Shown here in pieces: positions 1 to 13,009 of a stretch of 64,000 nucleotides of DNA (its first letter is position 1; each line of letters begins with the position of its first letter). The notes under the pieces are model-generated. The model made no database searches, was not told the DNA's origin, and worked only from the letters and a program-made list of their open reading frames with translations. The translations under genes and the position numbers were made by a program. The stretch comes from Zootoca vivipara (Eukaryota). The DNA is taken from positions 47,616,001-47,680,000 of the forward strand of contig NC_083277.1 of assembly GCF_963506605.1 (NCBI RefSeq). The letters run 5' to 3'.

Positions 1-1588
1 TGCCTGCTAGTGTTGACTTAGTAGAAGACAGCTTCCTATGTTCCTAAATACTTTGATATTAAATAAATAAGGCAAAGGATTAATGCTAATATGCATTGGT
101 TTAGCAGTGGAGCCACTTAAGAAACATATTTGGTTCCTTCACATTACCCAGTCCATGGCTGAACTCAGGGAATACCAGTCCTGCCAGTTTGCAGCAGAAA
201 TCAGCTGTGCACAAGACTTAATAGGTTTGTGATGCCACAAGAACCAGCCATTCTCTCCCTCCAATTTTGGAGTTGTTTTGCAACCCTTTAAAAATGAATC
301 CCCCCCTTTAAAAACCACAAACCAATGTTTAATTAATATACTTCATGCTACACTTTACAAAATAAACAAGTTAAAGGGCCTGCCTGATGATTTGGTGACA
401 GAAGATAGATGACTAAGATCAGCATTCAATAAGATGATAAATACATGTGTTGAGAAGGCAGGAAAAGCTGGTTCGCTCCATAGGAAAAGAAAAGAAAACA
501 TGTTGAATCCTGTACATCTGTACACAAACAAAAACTACCGAGAGGAAACTGATTGGAGCCCACTGAAATATTAAACTAGGCCAGTTTGCCTGTCATAATT
601 TTTTTAAAATTAGCACATCATGTGTGGTTGGGTGCATAGCTTGTGCTGGAATTGGTAAAATGATTAAGATGCATGGCTGCCGACATGATGATACAAATTA
701 AGTACAGAATAAAAGGGCTGAAATAAAGGACAAGTGGTGGAACAACAGACAGTTTGGGAGCTGCATACACACTTGTGACCCATGGTCACAGGATCCCATG
801 CTCCTTTTATTTTCCCAGGTAAAAGCACTTCTAAAGGGGTGGATTTTGAGCCAAGAAGTAGGAGGAGGTACTACTAGCTTCTCTATTCCAAGCCTGCCTG
901 CTGCTTTGACTCCTGTTAGATTTTAAAAGCACATTTATGAGAGCAAATAAAGGGTGGGAAGTAGTTTGGGGCATTTAGAGTAGAGAATTGGATAAAGCCT
1001 TAAACACCCCAACCGTTTCTGCTATGCTGCACTATAAACCACCTACTCACAAAGTTTTTAAAAAAATAAAATAGGAGAATAAGGTTGCTGCAGTTTGACT
1101 ATATGCTTTCTGCCTATGAAATTGTACCACAGAATATGTTAAAAATCTTGGGAGTGATTTACATCAAAACCATCAAAATAAAACAATAGCATTTGGGGTG
1201 GGAAACTTTAATCATTCAGCTCTTACGACATTAATCACAACTAAGTTGTCCAAGACAAGATATCAAATGAAACTAAAATGGGAAGGTACACATATGTCTT
1301 TGCATATGCCACACAGCTGCTGATACAGCTGTTCCAATTACACAAGCCTGGGAAGGTACCTTAAGCTTCTCCACCCTACAATTAAAGCCATTCCTTATGA
1401 CAAAGCTGGCAACAGACACTTTTCCTCTGTGCTTCTTTATGACAAAGTGGTGAAATTGCAGGAAGGGATGTAAGAGAAACGAGAATTTAGATGTAAGTTC
1501 AGATCCACCAGTGCTGATCCAGCATTGTTCACAGGGACTAATTTCTTTGGTGGCTGCTTAAAACATTTTTGTTTAATAAAGTCTATCC

Positions 1589-1910
1589 CAGGGATCCCCA
1601 AACTAAGGGCCATGGGCCAGATGCGGCCCAATCGCCTTCTAAATCTGGCCCACGGACGGTCTGGGAATCAGCATATTTTTACATGAGTAGAATGTGTCCT
1701 TTTATTTAAAATGCATCTCTAGGTTATTTGTGGGGCCTGCCTGGTGTTTTTACATGAGTAGAAAGTGTGCTTTTATTTAAAATGCATCCCTGGGTTATTT
1801 GTGGGGCATAGGAATTCGTTCATTTCCCTCCCAAAAAATATAGCCCGCCTCCCAACAAGGTCTGAGCGACAGTGGACCGGCCCCCTGCTGAAAAAGTTTG
1901 CTGACCCCTG
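1589..1910 (-). mobile_element. Non-autonomous hAT (Charlie group, OposCharlie1/OC1-like) MITE
   Basis: TIRs cagggatccccaaact / agtttgctgacccctg; perfect 8-bp TSD gtctatcc (1581-1588, 1911-1918); internal ~70-bp tandem duplication; related copies at 16309 and 22037. OC1 assignment is from recalled terminal sequence. Confidence 0.9.
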
Positions 1911-2371
1911 GTCTATCCAAGCATGTACATGTCAATGTGTTTTAAAAATTCTTACTGTTAATTTCAGTTATTTTTAATTATTTTAAACAATTTTCATTGA
2001 TATTTTAAATATTTATTGTAAACTGCTTAGAGGTTTTACAACAATCAAGTAGTGTATAAATTTTGATAAATAAAAATATATATAAACCTGTCACAGATCT
2101 CTTGAGTGACTTTCTTGCTTAATGTCTGAATTCCTGACCTGGACATTTGCCCAAAGTGACAAACTACATAAAGTACAGAAAGTTCAAAATACCTACCAGC
2201 ATGTCCAAATAATGTGTGTTTTTTTAAATCCACTTCTGGCAAAAGTTCTTCCAATTTCCTTTCTCCCCACTTGGCACTCATATTCATAGACTGCCAGTTA
2301 ATAAAGAGGTGTGGGCTAGCCAGACAGAGCAAAACAGTAAAAAGGGAAAGGGTTTGTGTTTGTGTACACAG

Positions 2372-2491
2372 GATTGTCAGGATGAACAAGAAGAAATGAG
2401 TTATTCCAACTTAACTGATTTTGCAGAAGCTGCTATCACTGAACCACCTGACCTGTTTCTTTTCAGGTCCCAGCATTCACTTTCTGAGCAA
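2372..2491 (+). CDS. Candidate internal coding exon of an unidentified host gene (DCQDEQEEMSYSNLTDFAEAAITEPPDLFLFRSQHSLSEQ)
   Basis: Acceptor tttgtgtacacag, donor caa|gtgagg, 120 nt, phase 0-0, open frame; no homolog recognised. Confidence 0.35.
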
Positions 2492-2946
2492 GTGAGGAAA
2501 AATAATTTGGGAACCAACCAGCCATAAGGCTCATGAGATTAGAAAGCAGAAGCCAAGAGGTAGAAAGTCAGCAAGTATTGAAGACTCTACAACTGTAGCA
2601 AATCTTACCTGTTCCCTTCTGTTCTGGTGGGTGATGGCAAATGGGCTCCTAGGGAGGAGCACTTCTTCTCTTGCTAGGAGCCACTGCCTTGTTCTTAAAA
2701 CAGAAAATATGATACTTGAATCAGACTGTCTGACCTCAGCAATTATTATTACAAGGAATGCTGTCAATAGAAGGTCAGGAAGCCAGGGATTATGAGATCA
2801 ATTCCATAAGTAGGTCACCAGCTATGCAGAGTTGGGGTTATGGAATTAGGGGTCACACCCACCATGAGTAATAATCCAGGAGGCATTAGCTTTGTTGAGT
2901 CAGCCCTGATGAAAGGTAGAAATGTAGAAACTTGGTAAGAATATGG

Positions 2947-3318
2947 CAGGGGTGGGAAACCTCAGGCTTGGGACAAATGCCGCTCTCCATAGGTCTCCGT
3001 CCATACGCCCTCAAAATGGCCCGGGCCACACCCCTCAATGCCCCTGTTCTCTGCCCTTCTGCAATATTTTACCTTGTTGGAATGTTTCGTTGAACTGTAA
3101 TTATAGTTAAGTTTGTTTGTCTGGACGGACCTCTTGCCACACCCACTACTGGCATGTGGCCCCTGGAATGTTGCCATAGCTGCCAAGTTATCCCTTTTTT
3201 ACAGGGATTTTCCCTTATGCTGAATAGGCTTCCTCGCGAGAAAAGCGAAAACTTGGCAGCTTTGAATGTTGCTTATGTGAGAATGTGGCTCTCAGGCTGA
3301 GAAAGGTCCTCACCCCTA
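2947..3318. mobile_element. Degraded hAT MITE (family shared with 27303-27642 and ~63575 onward)
   Basis: Ends caggggtgggaaacct / aggtcctcacccta-like; shared subterminal motif ggccc(c)tggaa.gttg; no TSD retained. Confidence 0.65.
3175..3264. mobile_element. 90-bp hAT MITE nested in the older MITE
   Basis: TIRs catagctgccaagtt / aacttggcagctttg; perfect 8-bp TSD aatgttgc (3167-3174, 3265-3272). Confidence 0.9.
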
Positions 3319-3413
3319 TGCTTAATGCTTTAGAGGCATTACTGGGTCATTACACATAACTGTGAGTAACAATGGCCTCTTTTATTTTTTATTATAATTA
3401 AGGAATAGCATCT

Positions 3414-5003
3414 TTTGTTGTTGTTGTTGTTGTTTAGTCGTTTAGTCGTGTCCGACTCTTCGTGACCCCATGGACCATAGCACGCCAGGCACTCCTGTCT
3501 TCCACTGCCTCCCGTAGTTTGGTCAAACTCATGTTCGTAGCTTCGAGAACACTGTCCAACCATCTTGTCCTCTGTCGTCCCCTTCTCCTAGTGCCCTCAA
3601 TCTTTCCCAACATCAGGGTCTTTTCCAAGGATTCTTCTCTTCTCATGAGGTGGCCAAAGTATTGGAGCCTCAGCTTCACGATCTGTCCTTCCAGGGAGCA
3701 CTCAGGGCTGATTTCCTTAAGAATGGATAGGTTTGATCTTCTAGCAGTCCATGGGACTCTCAAGAGTCTCCTCCAGCACCATAATTCAAAAGCATCAATT
3801 CTTCGGCGATCAGCCTTCTTTATGGTCCAGCTCTCACTTCCATACATCACTACTGGGAAAACCATAGCTTTAACTATACGGACCTTTGTCGGCAAGGTGA
3901 TGTCTCTGCTTTTTAAGATGCTGTCTAGGTTTGTCATTGCTTTTCTCCCAAGAAGCAGGCGTCTTTTAATTTCGTGACTGCTGTCACCATCTGCAGTGAT
4001 CAAGGAGCCCAAGAAAGTAAAATCTCTCACTGCCTCCATTTCTTCCCCTTCTATTTGCCAGGAGGTGATGGGACCAGTGGCCATGATCTTGGTTTTTTTG
4101 ATGTTGAGCTTCAGACCATATTTTGCGCTCTCCTCTTTCACCCTCATTAAAAGGTTCTTTAATTCCTCCTCACTTTCTGCCATCAAGGTTGTGTCATCTG
4201 CATATCTGAGGTTGTTGATATTTCTTCCGGCAATCTTAATTCCTGCTTGGGATTCATCTAGTCCAGCCTTTCGCATGATGAATTCTGCATATAAGTTAAA
4301 TAAGCAGGGAGACAATATACAACCTTGTCGTACTCCTTTCCCAATTTTGAACCAATCAGTTGTTCCATATCCAGTTCTAACTGTAGCTTCTTGTCCCACA
4401 TAGAGATTTCTCAGGAGACAGATGAGGTGATCAGGCACTCCCATTTCTTTAAGAACTTGCCATAGTTTGCTGTGGTCGACACAGTCAAAGGCTTTTGCGT
4501 AGTCAATGAAGCAGAAGTAGACGTTTTTCTGGAACTCTCTAGCTTTCTCCATAATCCAGTGCATGTTTGCTATTTGGTCTCTGGTTCCTCTGCCCTTTCG
4601 AAATCCAGCTTGCACTTCTGGGAGTTCTCGATCCACATACTGCCTAAGCCTGCCTTGTAGAATTTTAAGCATAACCTTGCTAGCGTGTGAAATGAGGGCA
4701 ATTGTGCGGTAGTTGGAGCATTCTTTGGCACTGCCCTTCTTTGGAATTGGGATGTAGACTGATCTTCTCCAATCCTCTGGCCATTGCTGAGTTTTCCAAA
4801 CTTGCTGGCATATTGGGTGTAGCACCTTAACAGCATCATCTTTTAAAATTTTAAATAGTTCAGCTGGAATATCATCACTTCCACTGGCCTTGTTATTAGC
4901 AGTGCTTTCTAAGGCCCATTTGACTTCACTCTCCAAGATGTCTGGCTCAAGGTCAGCAACCACACTACCTGGGGTGTACGAGACCTCCATATCTTTCTGG
5001 TAT
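3414..5003 (-). mobile_element. 5'-truncated RTE-BovB LINE; RT-domain ORF open from the truncation point to the stop at 3434
   Basis: RT motifs FIDYAKAFD, GVRQGCILSP, YADD; BovB C-terminus VHGVTKSRTRLND; (CAA)n tail; near-identical to 38582-41422. Confidence 0.98.
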
Positions 5004-6086
5004 TTAGGAGGTAGCAATTCTGAGCAAAGAAGGGGTGAGGAAGGAGATGCTTAATTCTTCTCTTGCAAGCATTTTCCCTCTCAAAATTGCTTCCTCCCCC
5101 AAGGTTCCTGATGCACGTTTACACATTTTGAAGGAAAGAATTAAGCACCTTCCGCCTCTGGCACTTCTCCACCCCAAATGTTCCACTTCCCAAACTGCTA
5201 TTCTTTACAAAAAGTGGCTGCTGTTGGGGCTTTAAATGGATGCAGCTTCCAATGTGTACTTTGCCCCCTTCCCCTCCTATACACTCACAGGAAATCTTAT
5301 AGAAAAGAGCCCAACAGGAATCACAAGGGGTGTCTTACGGGGAATGTGAGGTGTGATGTAAAGCTATTTGAGTACAGAGTTCTGCCTCTATAGTAGCTTA
5401 AGTGGGACCCTGCCAAGCATATTTAATGCAAGCCATTTAAAGACAGCCAATCCAATGGGTTTAGTAAACCTCTGAGCATGGATTTATGTTGACTCCTTCC
5501 TTTCACCCCTCCCCTACAAACAAACAATAAATCAAGTTTTAGAACCAGCATCTTTTGAAGAAGTGCAAATCATGTAAACAGGCTGTAGTGAAAACAGTAT
5601 GCTGCCGTTACTTTAATGTGAAAGATTAAGAACCAATTAAGAACTAATGTTTCCGTGCACTTCCACTCTGAATCATATTGACATTACTCAGCATTTTCTC
5701 TCAAAGTTCCCAGTGGATCAAGCAAGTGGAGTGGAAAGGGGTGCACATCCCATCTTGAAGCTGAACACTGCCCAACAGCTTATCAACTTGGAAGAACAGA
5801 ACTTGATGCTATATATGCCAGCATCAGCTTTAAAATTAAGATGTCACATATTTCAGGTGGAATGCAAAGGGTAGTCAGCATTTCAAAGGACATGTTGTTG
5901 CATGTTATAGCTCACTTGCCAGATTTTTTACGAAAGGTAGTGACGCAGAGCAAATCAGTGTCCCAGGTAACAGTAAACTTGTCCTTTCAGTGTCTCTCAA
6001 GCATGCCTCACATATGACCCTCCTTTTCTGGAGCTTTTCCATTTGCATGACACTTGTCACAATTAATAACAACAAGATCACTAATA

Positions 6087-6302
6087 ATTTTATTATTTAT
6101 ACCCCACCCATCTGGTTGGGTTTTCCCAGCCTCTCTGGGTGCCTTACAGCTCACATATAAACAACATAGTAAAATGTCCAACATTAAAAACTTCCCTATA
6201 CAGGACTGCCTTCAGTTGTCTTCTAAAAGTTGTGTAATTCTGTATCTCCTTGACATCTGATGGGAGGGCGTTCCAGAGGGAGGGTGCCATTGCCGTGAAG
6301 GC
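6087..6302 (-). mobile_element. L2 LINE 3' fragment
   Basis: L2 ORF2 C-terminus APSLWNALP..F.R.LK; homologous to 13010-13632. Confidence 0.85.
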
Positions 6303-6394
6303 AGTGTATATAAACTGTATACTATTCTTCACATACTGCAACAGGTATGGGTGTAACCTTTAAACTGCAATGAGAAATACAGCCTTTACATTAG

Positions 6395-6685
6395 CAGAGG
6401 AATACCAAGGCTCCCTTGTGCACTTGGCAAGAAGGTGCATTGGTGCCCCCTGTTATTTGTGACAGCCCATGCCAGTGACAGGATTCTTCCACTGAGGCCC
6501 CCAGAGGAGCCTGCACACCTTGCCCAGCTGCCCAGAGCAGCGGAGGAGCAGCCCAGGGAATGCGCAGGCAGGTGGGCTCATAGCCACTCCAAGCCAGAGT
6601 GGAGACGCATGATTTTGTCGTCCCGCCCCCACTGGCCTGTGCCCTTGGCAGGGGCCAACCTAGCCAACTCCTAGGTACACCCCTG
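6395..6685. mobile_element. GC-rich hAT MITE (degraded)
   Basis: Ends cagaggaatacc / ggtacacccctg; imperfect 8-bp TSD tacattag / tacctcag. Confidence 0.6.
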
Positions 6686-7973
6686 TACCTCAGGGTTAGG
6701 GAACCTATCGCGCTCCCGATGTTGGACTACAATTCCATAATCCTTGACTGTTGGACATTTGCCTGGGGCCAATGGAGTTGTAATTCAACAATTGCTGAAG
6801 AGTAACAGCAAACCACAGAATGGTGCTCCCCCACCAGGGAAGCTCTATTCAGTCACATCCCACCAAAGCCAGCCCGCACAATGAAAGCTAATTCCGAGCT
6901 CTTGCAAAACAAATCTGCTTCCCCAAAAGATCAGACTTCTTGCAATAAGGAAAGTGATGAGAAAATGCACTGGAAAGTGTGGGATAATGCTTGGCAGGAG
7001 GTTGTTTCACCACCCCACAAACAAATAGGATGAATGCTCATTAAATAGATGAAAGTTGTGTAATCTCTCCACAAACAACTCAGTCCGAATGCTCATCAAA
7101 CGGGCAGTCCAGAAGCAAGCTAGAATCCCTTTGAGTTGACTCAAGTCCTGTTGCAGTCTTAAGCCCACTTACCTGAAATACTCATTGAAATTAATTGACT
7201 GAGCTCTCAGTTAACATAGCTATAGAGCTGTAAACTTGGCTTTGTATAGCAATGCTGTGTCTAAATAAGGACTTATGAGATGCATTTTGCTCAGCCTATA
7301 ACCTGGCACTGGGATAGGCTTTAAAATAATAGCTGCACCTTTAATGCCTAGTTCCTCCTTTCAAGTGTGTAGTTTGGTGATACACGTGAATTCATAAAGG
7401 AGCAGGCCTCTGTGAGATGAAGACTAGAATAGGCATTCACTATACAAGCAAATGAACCACAATAGCATGCTTACACAAAAGGTTTTCAGGGTGCTCCTTC
7501 AACCAACAGATATACTTCAAGATCAAAGCAAGCATGGGTGGTAATATTCTTGGTTAAAATGCATGGTCATATTCCTCATGCACACCCTCTGCTTGGAAGC
7601 CTAGAAAGCTATAGGACCATTGATTAACACTTTGGTTTAGAAAGGCATGCAGCTACTTCTCAGTGGCTATTTTCCCTTTCCCTTTGCATTGTTTTGCAAA
7701 GGTTATAACAGAGAAACCCAATACACCTGAGGCAGATCCCCAAATCATGCCCCCTCCCCACCAGGAAAGAGGGTTGATCTACTTCATGAACAATGGGGAA
7801 GAAACATCAACATTGGGATCTGCTGCTCCTAGTAGATCTTGCCACCTGAGGTGGTCACCTCACCTTGCCTCATGCCTTGCCCTGAGAGAAACACATCATT
7901 TTCTGCCTTATACACCCCATTCCCTTTTGCTGTTGTGTTTCTCTGCAACTTTGGGTTCAGCCATACATTGAGT

Positions 7974-8142
7974 CAGTGCTTTTTTTCTGGGGCTGGGGTA
8001 CGCATACCCCCTAAACATTTTGTGAATCTTTGTACTTTTGTCCATTTAATGTATTTATTTTTCCCGATTTGAACTATAAAATGGTAAATTTCTTGCATCA
8101 AAACGAGAGTACCCATAAACATTTTTAAATAAAAAAGCACTT
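7974..8142. mobile_element. hAT MITE
   Basis: TIRs cagtgcttttttt / aaaaaagcactt; perfect 8-bp TSD cattgagt. Confidence 0.9.
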
Positions 8143-8488
8143 CATTGAGTTAATGTAACAGTAAATTACCTCTACCTCAATTATCTGTTGTTCATAAGCA
8201 GGTTTCATCCTAATCACTGCCTCCTCACACTTCATTATCCCTCAATCCATATTTCCTCATATCCCTCCTTTTGGAAGTGTCCCTGGTATGAGAGTATCTG
8301 GACTGAGGAAGGGAAAAGTGTGGGAAGGCAATGATTTGGAGGAGAATGTCATATGGAAATTTAAGAATTAATGGTGGTACAGGAAGCTTGCCATCCACAT
8401 TAAATGACAGTCCTTTAACTCAGGCTACTGACTGCAGCTTTATTGTGTTACAATTTAAAAAGCAGAGCTGACTCCAGTGAGTCACTCT

Positions 8489-8515
8489 TGTGTGTGTGTG
8501 TGTGTGTGTGTGTGT
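8489..8515. repeat. (TG)n microsatellite
   Basis: Direct inspection. Confidence 0.95.
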
Positions 8516-8845
8516 AGTATATTTGAGGCAAATATAAATATAAATATGTATGTATGACTTAGAATGACAAAGGTGATTCCCTTCCCATGGGATGCATGAA
8601 CTGAACAGAACTGGAGGTCAGCAGATACCGCAGCTAATTCTTTCATGACACCTTGCATATCATTTCAAGAGAAAGGGGAGCTTTAAAAACTTGACATTAA
8701 ACAGTAATGTGAGAAGCAGCCCTAAGATAAAGAGACAGAACTGTCTAGCTAGGCTAGTTTCTAATCTCTGTGTCTGGTACAATGTTTACACATATGTCTT
8801 AAAAAAAAATGAAGCAAAATAGTCACCTTTACTTTGATACTCTGG

Positions 8846-8899
8846 ACAAAATAAAAAAAATTCCTTCCAGCAGCACCTTAGAGACCAACTAAGTTTGTC
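8846..8899 (-). mobile_element. 54-bp Penelope-like element fragment
   Basis: Matches 58563-58612 (ccttccag.agcacctt.gagaccaactaagttt); flanked by 9-bp duplication atactctgg. Confidence 0.75.
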
Positions 8900-9193
8900 A
8901 TACTCTGGTTGCTCAACAGCATCAGCCTTTCTGTATTATGTTCAGAAATGTTGAATGCTTTGGCATGAGCAATGATTTTGGACATTGTGCTTCCAAGGGC
9001 AGTCACTTACAGAGCTGTCACCATTCTATATTTGAACAATTACAAGGCTGAGCCATATGGGAATGACGGGACTGTGGCTCAGTGTAGTATGAAATACAGA
9101 ATGCACAAGGTCCGCCTTAGAAGTTTCCCCTGACGTGTGGGATAGGATGGGTGGCATTCCTGCAGATCTGATTACAAGTTAATACTATTTCAG

Positions 9194-9262
9194 CTTCTGG
9201 CGTTCATGTCTGTTGCACTACCATTGGTCTCTGCTAAGTCAGTTGTGGCAGGCGGCCTGTAG
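9194..9262 (+). CDS. Candidate 69-nt exon (FWRSCLLHYHWSLLSQLWQAAC)
   Basis: Acceptor ctatttcag, strong donor tag|gtatgt, phase 2-2 open frame; no homolog recognised. Confidence 0.25.
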   Translation, partial: LLAFMSVALPLVSAKSVVAGGL

Positions 9263-9494
9263 GTATGTATCAGTAACTCTGGAGATTGTCCTAGAAATGA
9301 CCATGAGTTTGTTTATTAATATTTATTAAACTGGAATCCTATCCTTGTTCCAAGAAGCCCTTAGTGGTGTGCATGGAGTAATCACATGGAGTGATCCAGT
9401 GAGAGAGAATATTTGCCAGAGCCACCCACTGAGCTTTGTAACTGAGCAGGGGTTTACTATATCCACCTTTTATGCATCCATATCGAAGAGATTA

Positions 9495-9607
9495 CAGTGG
9501 TACCTCTGCTTACGAACTTAATTCGTGGTAAAGTTCTTAACCCAAGGTACTACTTCCGGGTTAGCGGAGTCTGTAACCCAAAGTGTTTGTAACCCGAGGT
9601 ACCACTG
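9495..9607. mobile_element. Tc1/mariner (Tigger-like) MITE
   Basis: TIRs cagtggtacctc / gaggtaccactg; TA on both sides. Confidence 0.9.
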
Positions 9608-9683
9608 TACACATTTCACCATTCTCTCTGCTGTTCTACCTTTACTTTTTACTTTTTTTTTTTACTCACTGTATTATTATATA

Positions 9684-9929
9684 AAGTGGTCCCTCGACTT
9701 ACGAACTTAATCCGTTCCGAATGTACATTCGTAGGTCAAAAAGTTCGGAAGTCGAAACGCGGTTTCCCATAGGAAAAAAAATTCGGAAAAAATCGTAAGT
9801 CGAAAAAACCGCATTTAAAGCCGCCAACTGTTTCCGTTCGGATGTAGAAAAATTCGTAAACGTGTGGCCATTTGTCCCGTTCATAAGTCGAAACCTACAG
9901 ATGTCGAGTAATTTGTAAGTCAAGGGACC

Positions 9930-9933
<4 letters not shown>
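9684..9933. mobile_element. Tc1/mariner (Tigger-like) MITE, followed by (TG)n(TA)n microsatellite to ~9992
   Basis: TIRs agtggtccctcgacttac / gtaagtcaagggaccactg; repeated aagtcgaa motifs. Confidence 0.85.
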
Positions 9934-9978
<45 letters not shown>

Positions 9979-11256
9979 ATATATATATATATGAATGAAG
10001 CTTACCTATTGATCACAATTTGGATTGTAGGACAGTTTTCCTGGGAAAGCCTAATGCCATTGCACCAGATTCCAAGTGAAGAGGCAGGTTAGGCATGGTG
10101 CAGATGTAAATGCTGCTGCCTGATCTCCAAACCATGGTTAGGTAATCAGGAACACCCTGCAGTGCAAAGCTTGAGGTTTTCCTCCACTCTCCTCTCAGGA
10201 TAGCATCCTCCCCTTTTTGGTTTTGCAGCTAATTACAGTTCTGTTTGAAGTGTACCAGCATTTTTGTTAAACATAGTTGGCACCAAACCTGTTTGCAGGC
10301 ATGGGTGCAAGCAGCTTTGCAAGCCTAGTCTAGTGACACCTTGATGCAGGTGTGACACACCAAAATTGAAGGGAAGGGCCAGGGAAGAAGTGTGTAAACC
10401 CAAATACACTCCTGATTGGGGCAGTTTTATGTTTCCAAAATGTCAGAATGTTCCAGCTGCAAGGGTGAGAAAATGGGAAAGGAATTACTTTCCAGCAATC
10501 TCTGAGGTGGCATTGCAGGAATATTGGATACACTGACTGAGGAAAGGCTTGTTGTTGATGGAGGGCTATGCAAAAATAAGTGCCATCGGGAAAACGCAGG
10601 GAAGTATCACTGACTGGTTTTAGAAGCTTATTTCCTCTTCGCTCAGTACCTTAGAATGGGGCTTATGTGGGTAAAATTGGCCTCAGAATTAATACAATCT
10701 GCTAAAGCACCCTTGAGATGTCCACTAATAATGGGCAGTCTTGACGCTTTCCACTTTAGTACTGGGAGAAAAAATTGGATAAAACATATAAAATTAAGGT
10801 TTCAATCCTGTGTCTGTTTGCCTGGGAGTAAGACCCATTGAATTCAGTGGGACTTGCTTCTGAGATGACAGGCATAGGGCTATACTATAAATGTTCCCCT
10901 GATCTGTTTGGCCACCATGACAGTAAGAAATAGAAACCAAAACATTTACATCAATGCAGTTCTCTTCTTTTGGTAAAGGATGAGGGGTCAGTACTCATGC
11001 ACACATTGGAGACCTCATGCTATTAGTGTGAATGGATGTGTGACATCTTTTATTCATGACCTGTAAGGATGAATCAAGCATAAGACTATCTTTGGTTTGG
11101 ACATGTGTTCTTCTTCAGGGAGTGCTATTCTAAGAGTCACTGTGGAACAGGGAATAGTGGGAATAAACATGGGAGACTCCCCTTTAAAATTCCCGTTCTA
11201 CCCTTAATGTCTCCAAGTGGCTTTGCAAATGCCATTTATCTTTTAGCCTAAACAGT

Positions 11257-11612
11257 GCGGATGGCGCTATGATCTAAACCACAGAGCCTAGGGCTTGCTG
11301 ATCAGAAGGCCGGCAGTTCGAATCCCCGCGACAGGGTGAGCTCCCGTTGCTTGGTTCCAGCTCCTGCCAACCTAGCAGTTTGAAAGCACGTCAAAGTGCA
11401 AGAAGATAAATAGGTACCGCTCCGGCGGGAAGGTAAACGACGCTTCCGTGTGCTGCTCTGGTTTGCCAGAAGTGGCTTTGTCATGCTGGCCACATGACCT
11501 GGAAGCTATACGCCGGCTCCCTCAGCCAATAACGCAAGATGAGCGCCACAACCCCAGAGTCGGTCACGACTGGACCTAATGGTCAGGGGTCCCTTTACCC
11601 TTTACCTTTACC
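11257..11612 (+). mobile_element. Sauria SINE
   Basis: tRNA-like head with B box gttcgaatcc, conserved Sauria body, (ACCTTT)n tail; homologous to 32934. Confidence 0.93.
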
Positions 11613-11822
11613 TCGCAGACTGCTTGTAGACAAGTGTTGCAGTGGCTGAACCATATATATCACAAAGTAAAAGGTGCTGGAGAACAGCCTGCCCTGAGGG
11701 ATTTTTCCTGGCATAGAATTCTCCTCCCGCCAGGAAGAGGTCATGAACTTCTGGACAAGTTTTTCGTTAAAAGCTGAGAGTGTGCTTTGGCCACAAGAGG
11801 GAGCCAGCAACATGTTGTAGTA

Positions 11823-12039
11823 CAGTGCTCCCCAACCTTTTTATCACCGCGGACCAGTCAACGTTTGATAATTTTACTGTGGCCCGCTGAGGGGGGGGGG
11901 CGTTTATTGTTTATATTTTATTTAGATTGTTTTGATTTAATAATTTTAATTTAATTGTATTTAATGATCCTTAGACGGCCCGGTACCAATTGATCCACGG
12001 ACCGCTACCGGTCCGTGGCCCGGGGGTTGAAGACCACTG
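11823..12039. mobile_element. hAT (Charlie-like) MITE
   Basis: TIRs cagtgctccccaacc / ggttgaagaccactg; perfect 8-bp TSD ttgtagta. Confidence 0.9.
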
Positions 12040-13009
12040 TTGTAGTAGACCTTAAATCTTTTTGCTAGTGTTAAGTTTTTGCGACATCTCTAAGGTTTGA
12101 TTTATAAGAGAAGACAGTGCAAAGAAATTAAGAGAAAGCAGAAAAAAAATAAATTGACACCCTATCTTTCCAGACAAATGGATAAATACAAAATATTTAT
12201 TGTGACCAATCTTTTGAATTTTCATCTTGAATTGTGCCCAGAATCCTTCTGCAAGCTGTGAAGTAAGTGGGGCAAATGTGCTTCCAGAAATCCAGCCACA
12301 TCTGAACCAAATGTTTAAAGCACATGGCTTCCGCCAAAGAATCCTGCGCACTGTAGCTTATCTCTCACAGACCCAGCGCCCTTAACAAACTACAATTCCC
12401 AGGATTGGCGGGAGAGTCACATGATTCAGGTCTTTGCATGATCCCATTAGGGACTTCACTAAGGCTTGATTTTGTCAGGTGTGTGCCCAGTGTAGCTATG
12501 ATTTACTGCAGAAAGAAGAATGTAAATCTGCCCTCTGTCTTGAAATTGCCCATTCCACCTTTTCCTCTATCAAAATATACATCATAAACTCTCTGGAGAA
12601 GGAAATTTAGCTTGTGGCCAACTAGGTTAATTTTTTTATTTTTGGGAAAGTAAGAAGTACATTATAATATATCATAAACAGGTTTGAACAGAAGATGCAC
12701 ATATTGAAATTAATAAGTTTACATTCCACTGTTTTTCCTGGCAGGCATTGTAAGAAAAGGCCACATTTGTGCCCAGCACCAATTCTTATTTCCCAAGGCT
12801 ACTGCTTTATTTAACACATACAAAGTGATATAGTGAATGCCTATGAAAAACTGAAGTAACATTGAGTATTATATATAGCCAAAGTAACATAACCTTAACA
12901 TCAGGAAAACTCCAGACAGTAATTACTGATCTTCATATAGTATGTTCTATCTGCAGCATTTCCCCTAATTTCATATCTAGACAATTAGCTTGCTGAGCTG
13001 AGGCTGAGT

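Noticed and set aside
3462-4403. + strand ORFs of 171 and 135 aa (mirrored at 40535-41383 and 38114-38695)
   Set aside because: Antisense shadow frames of the BovB ORF.
11257-11335. tRNA-like sequence (also at 32934)
   Set aside because: Head of a Sauria SINE, not a tRNA gene.
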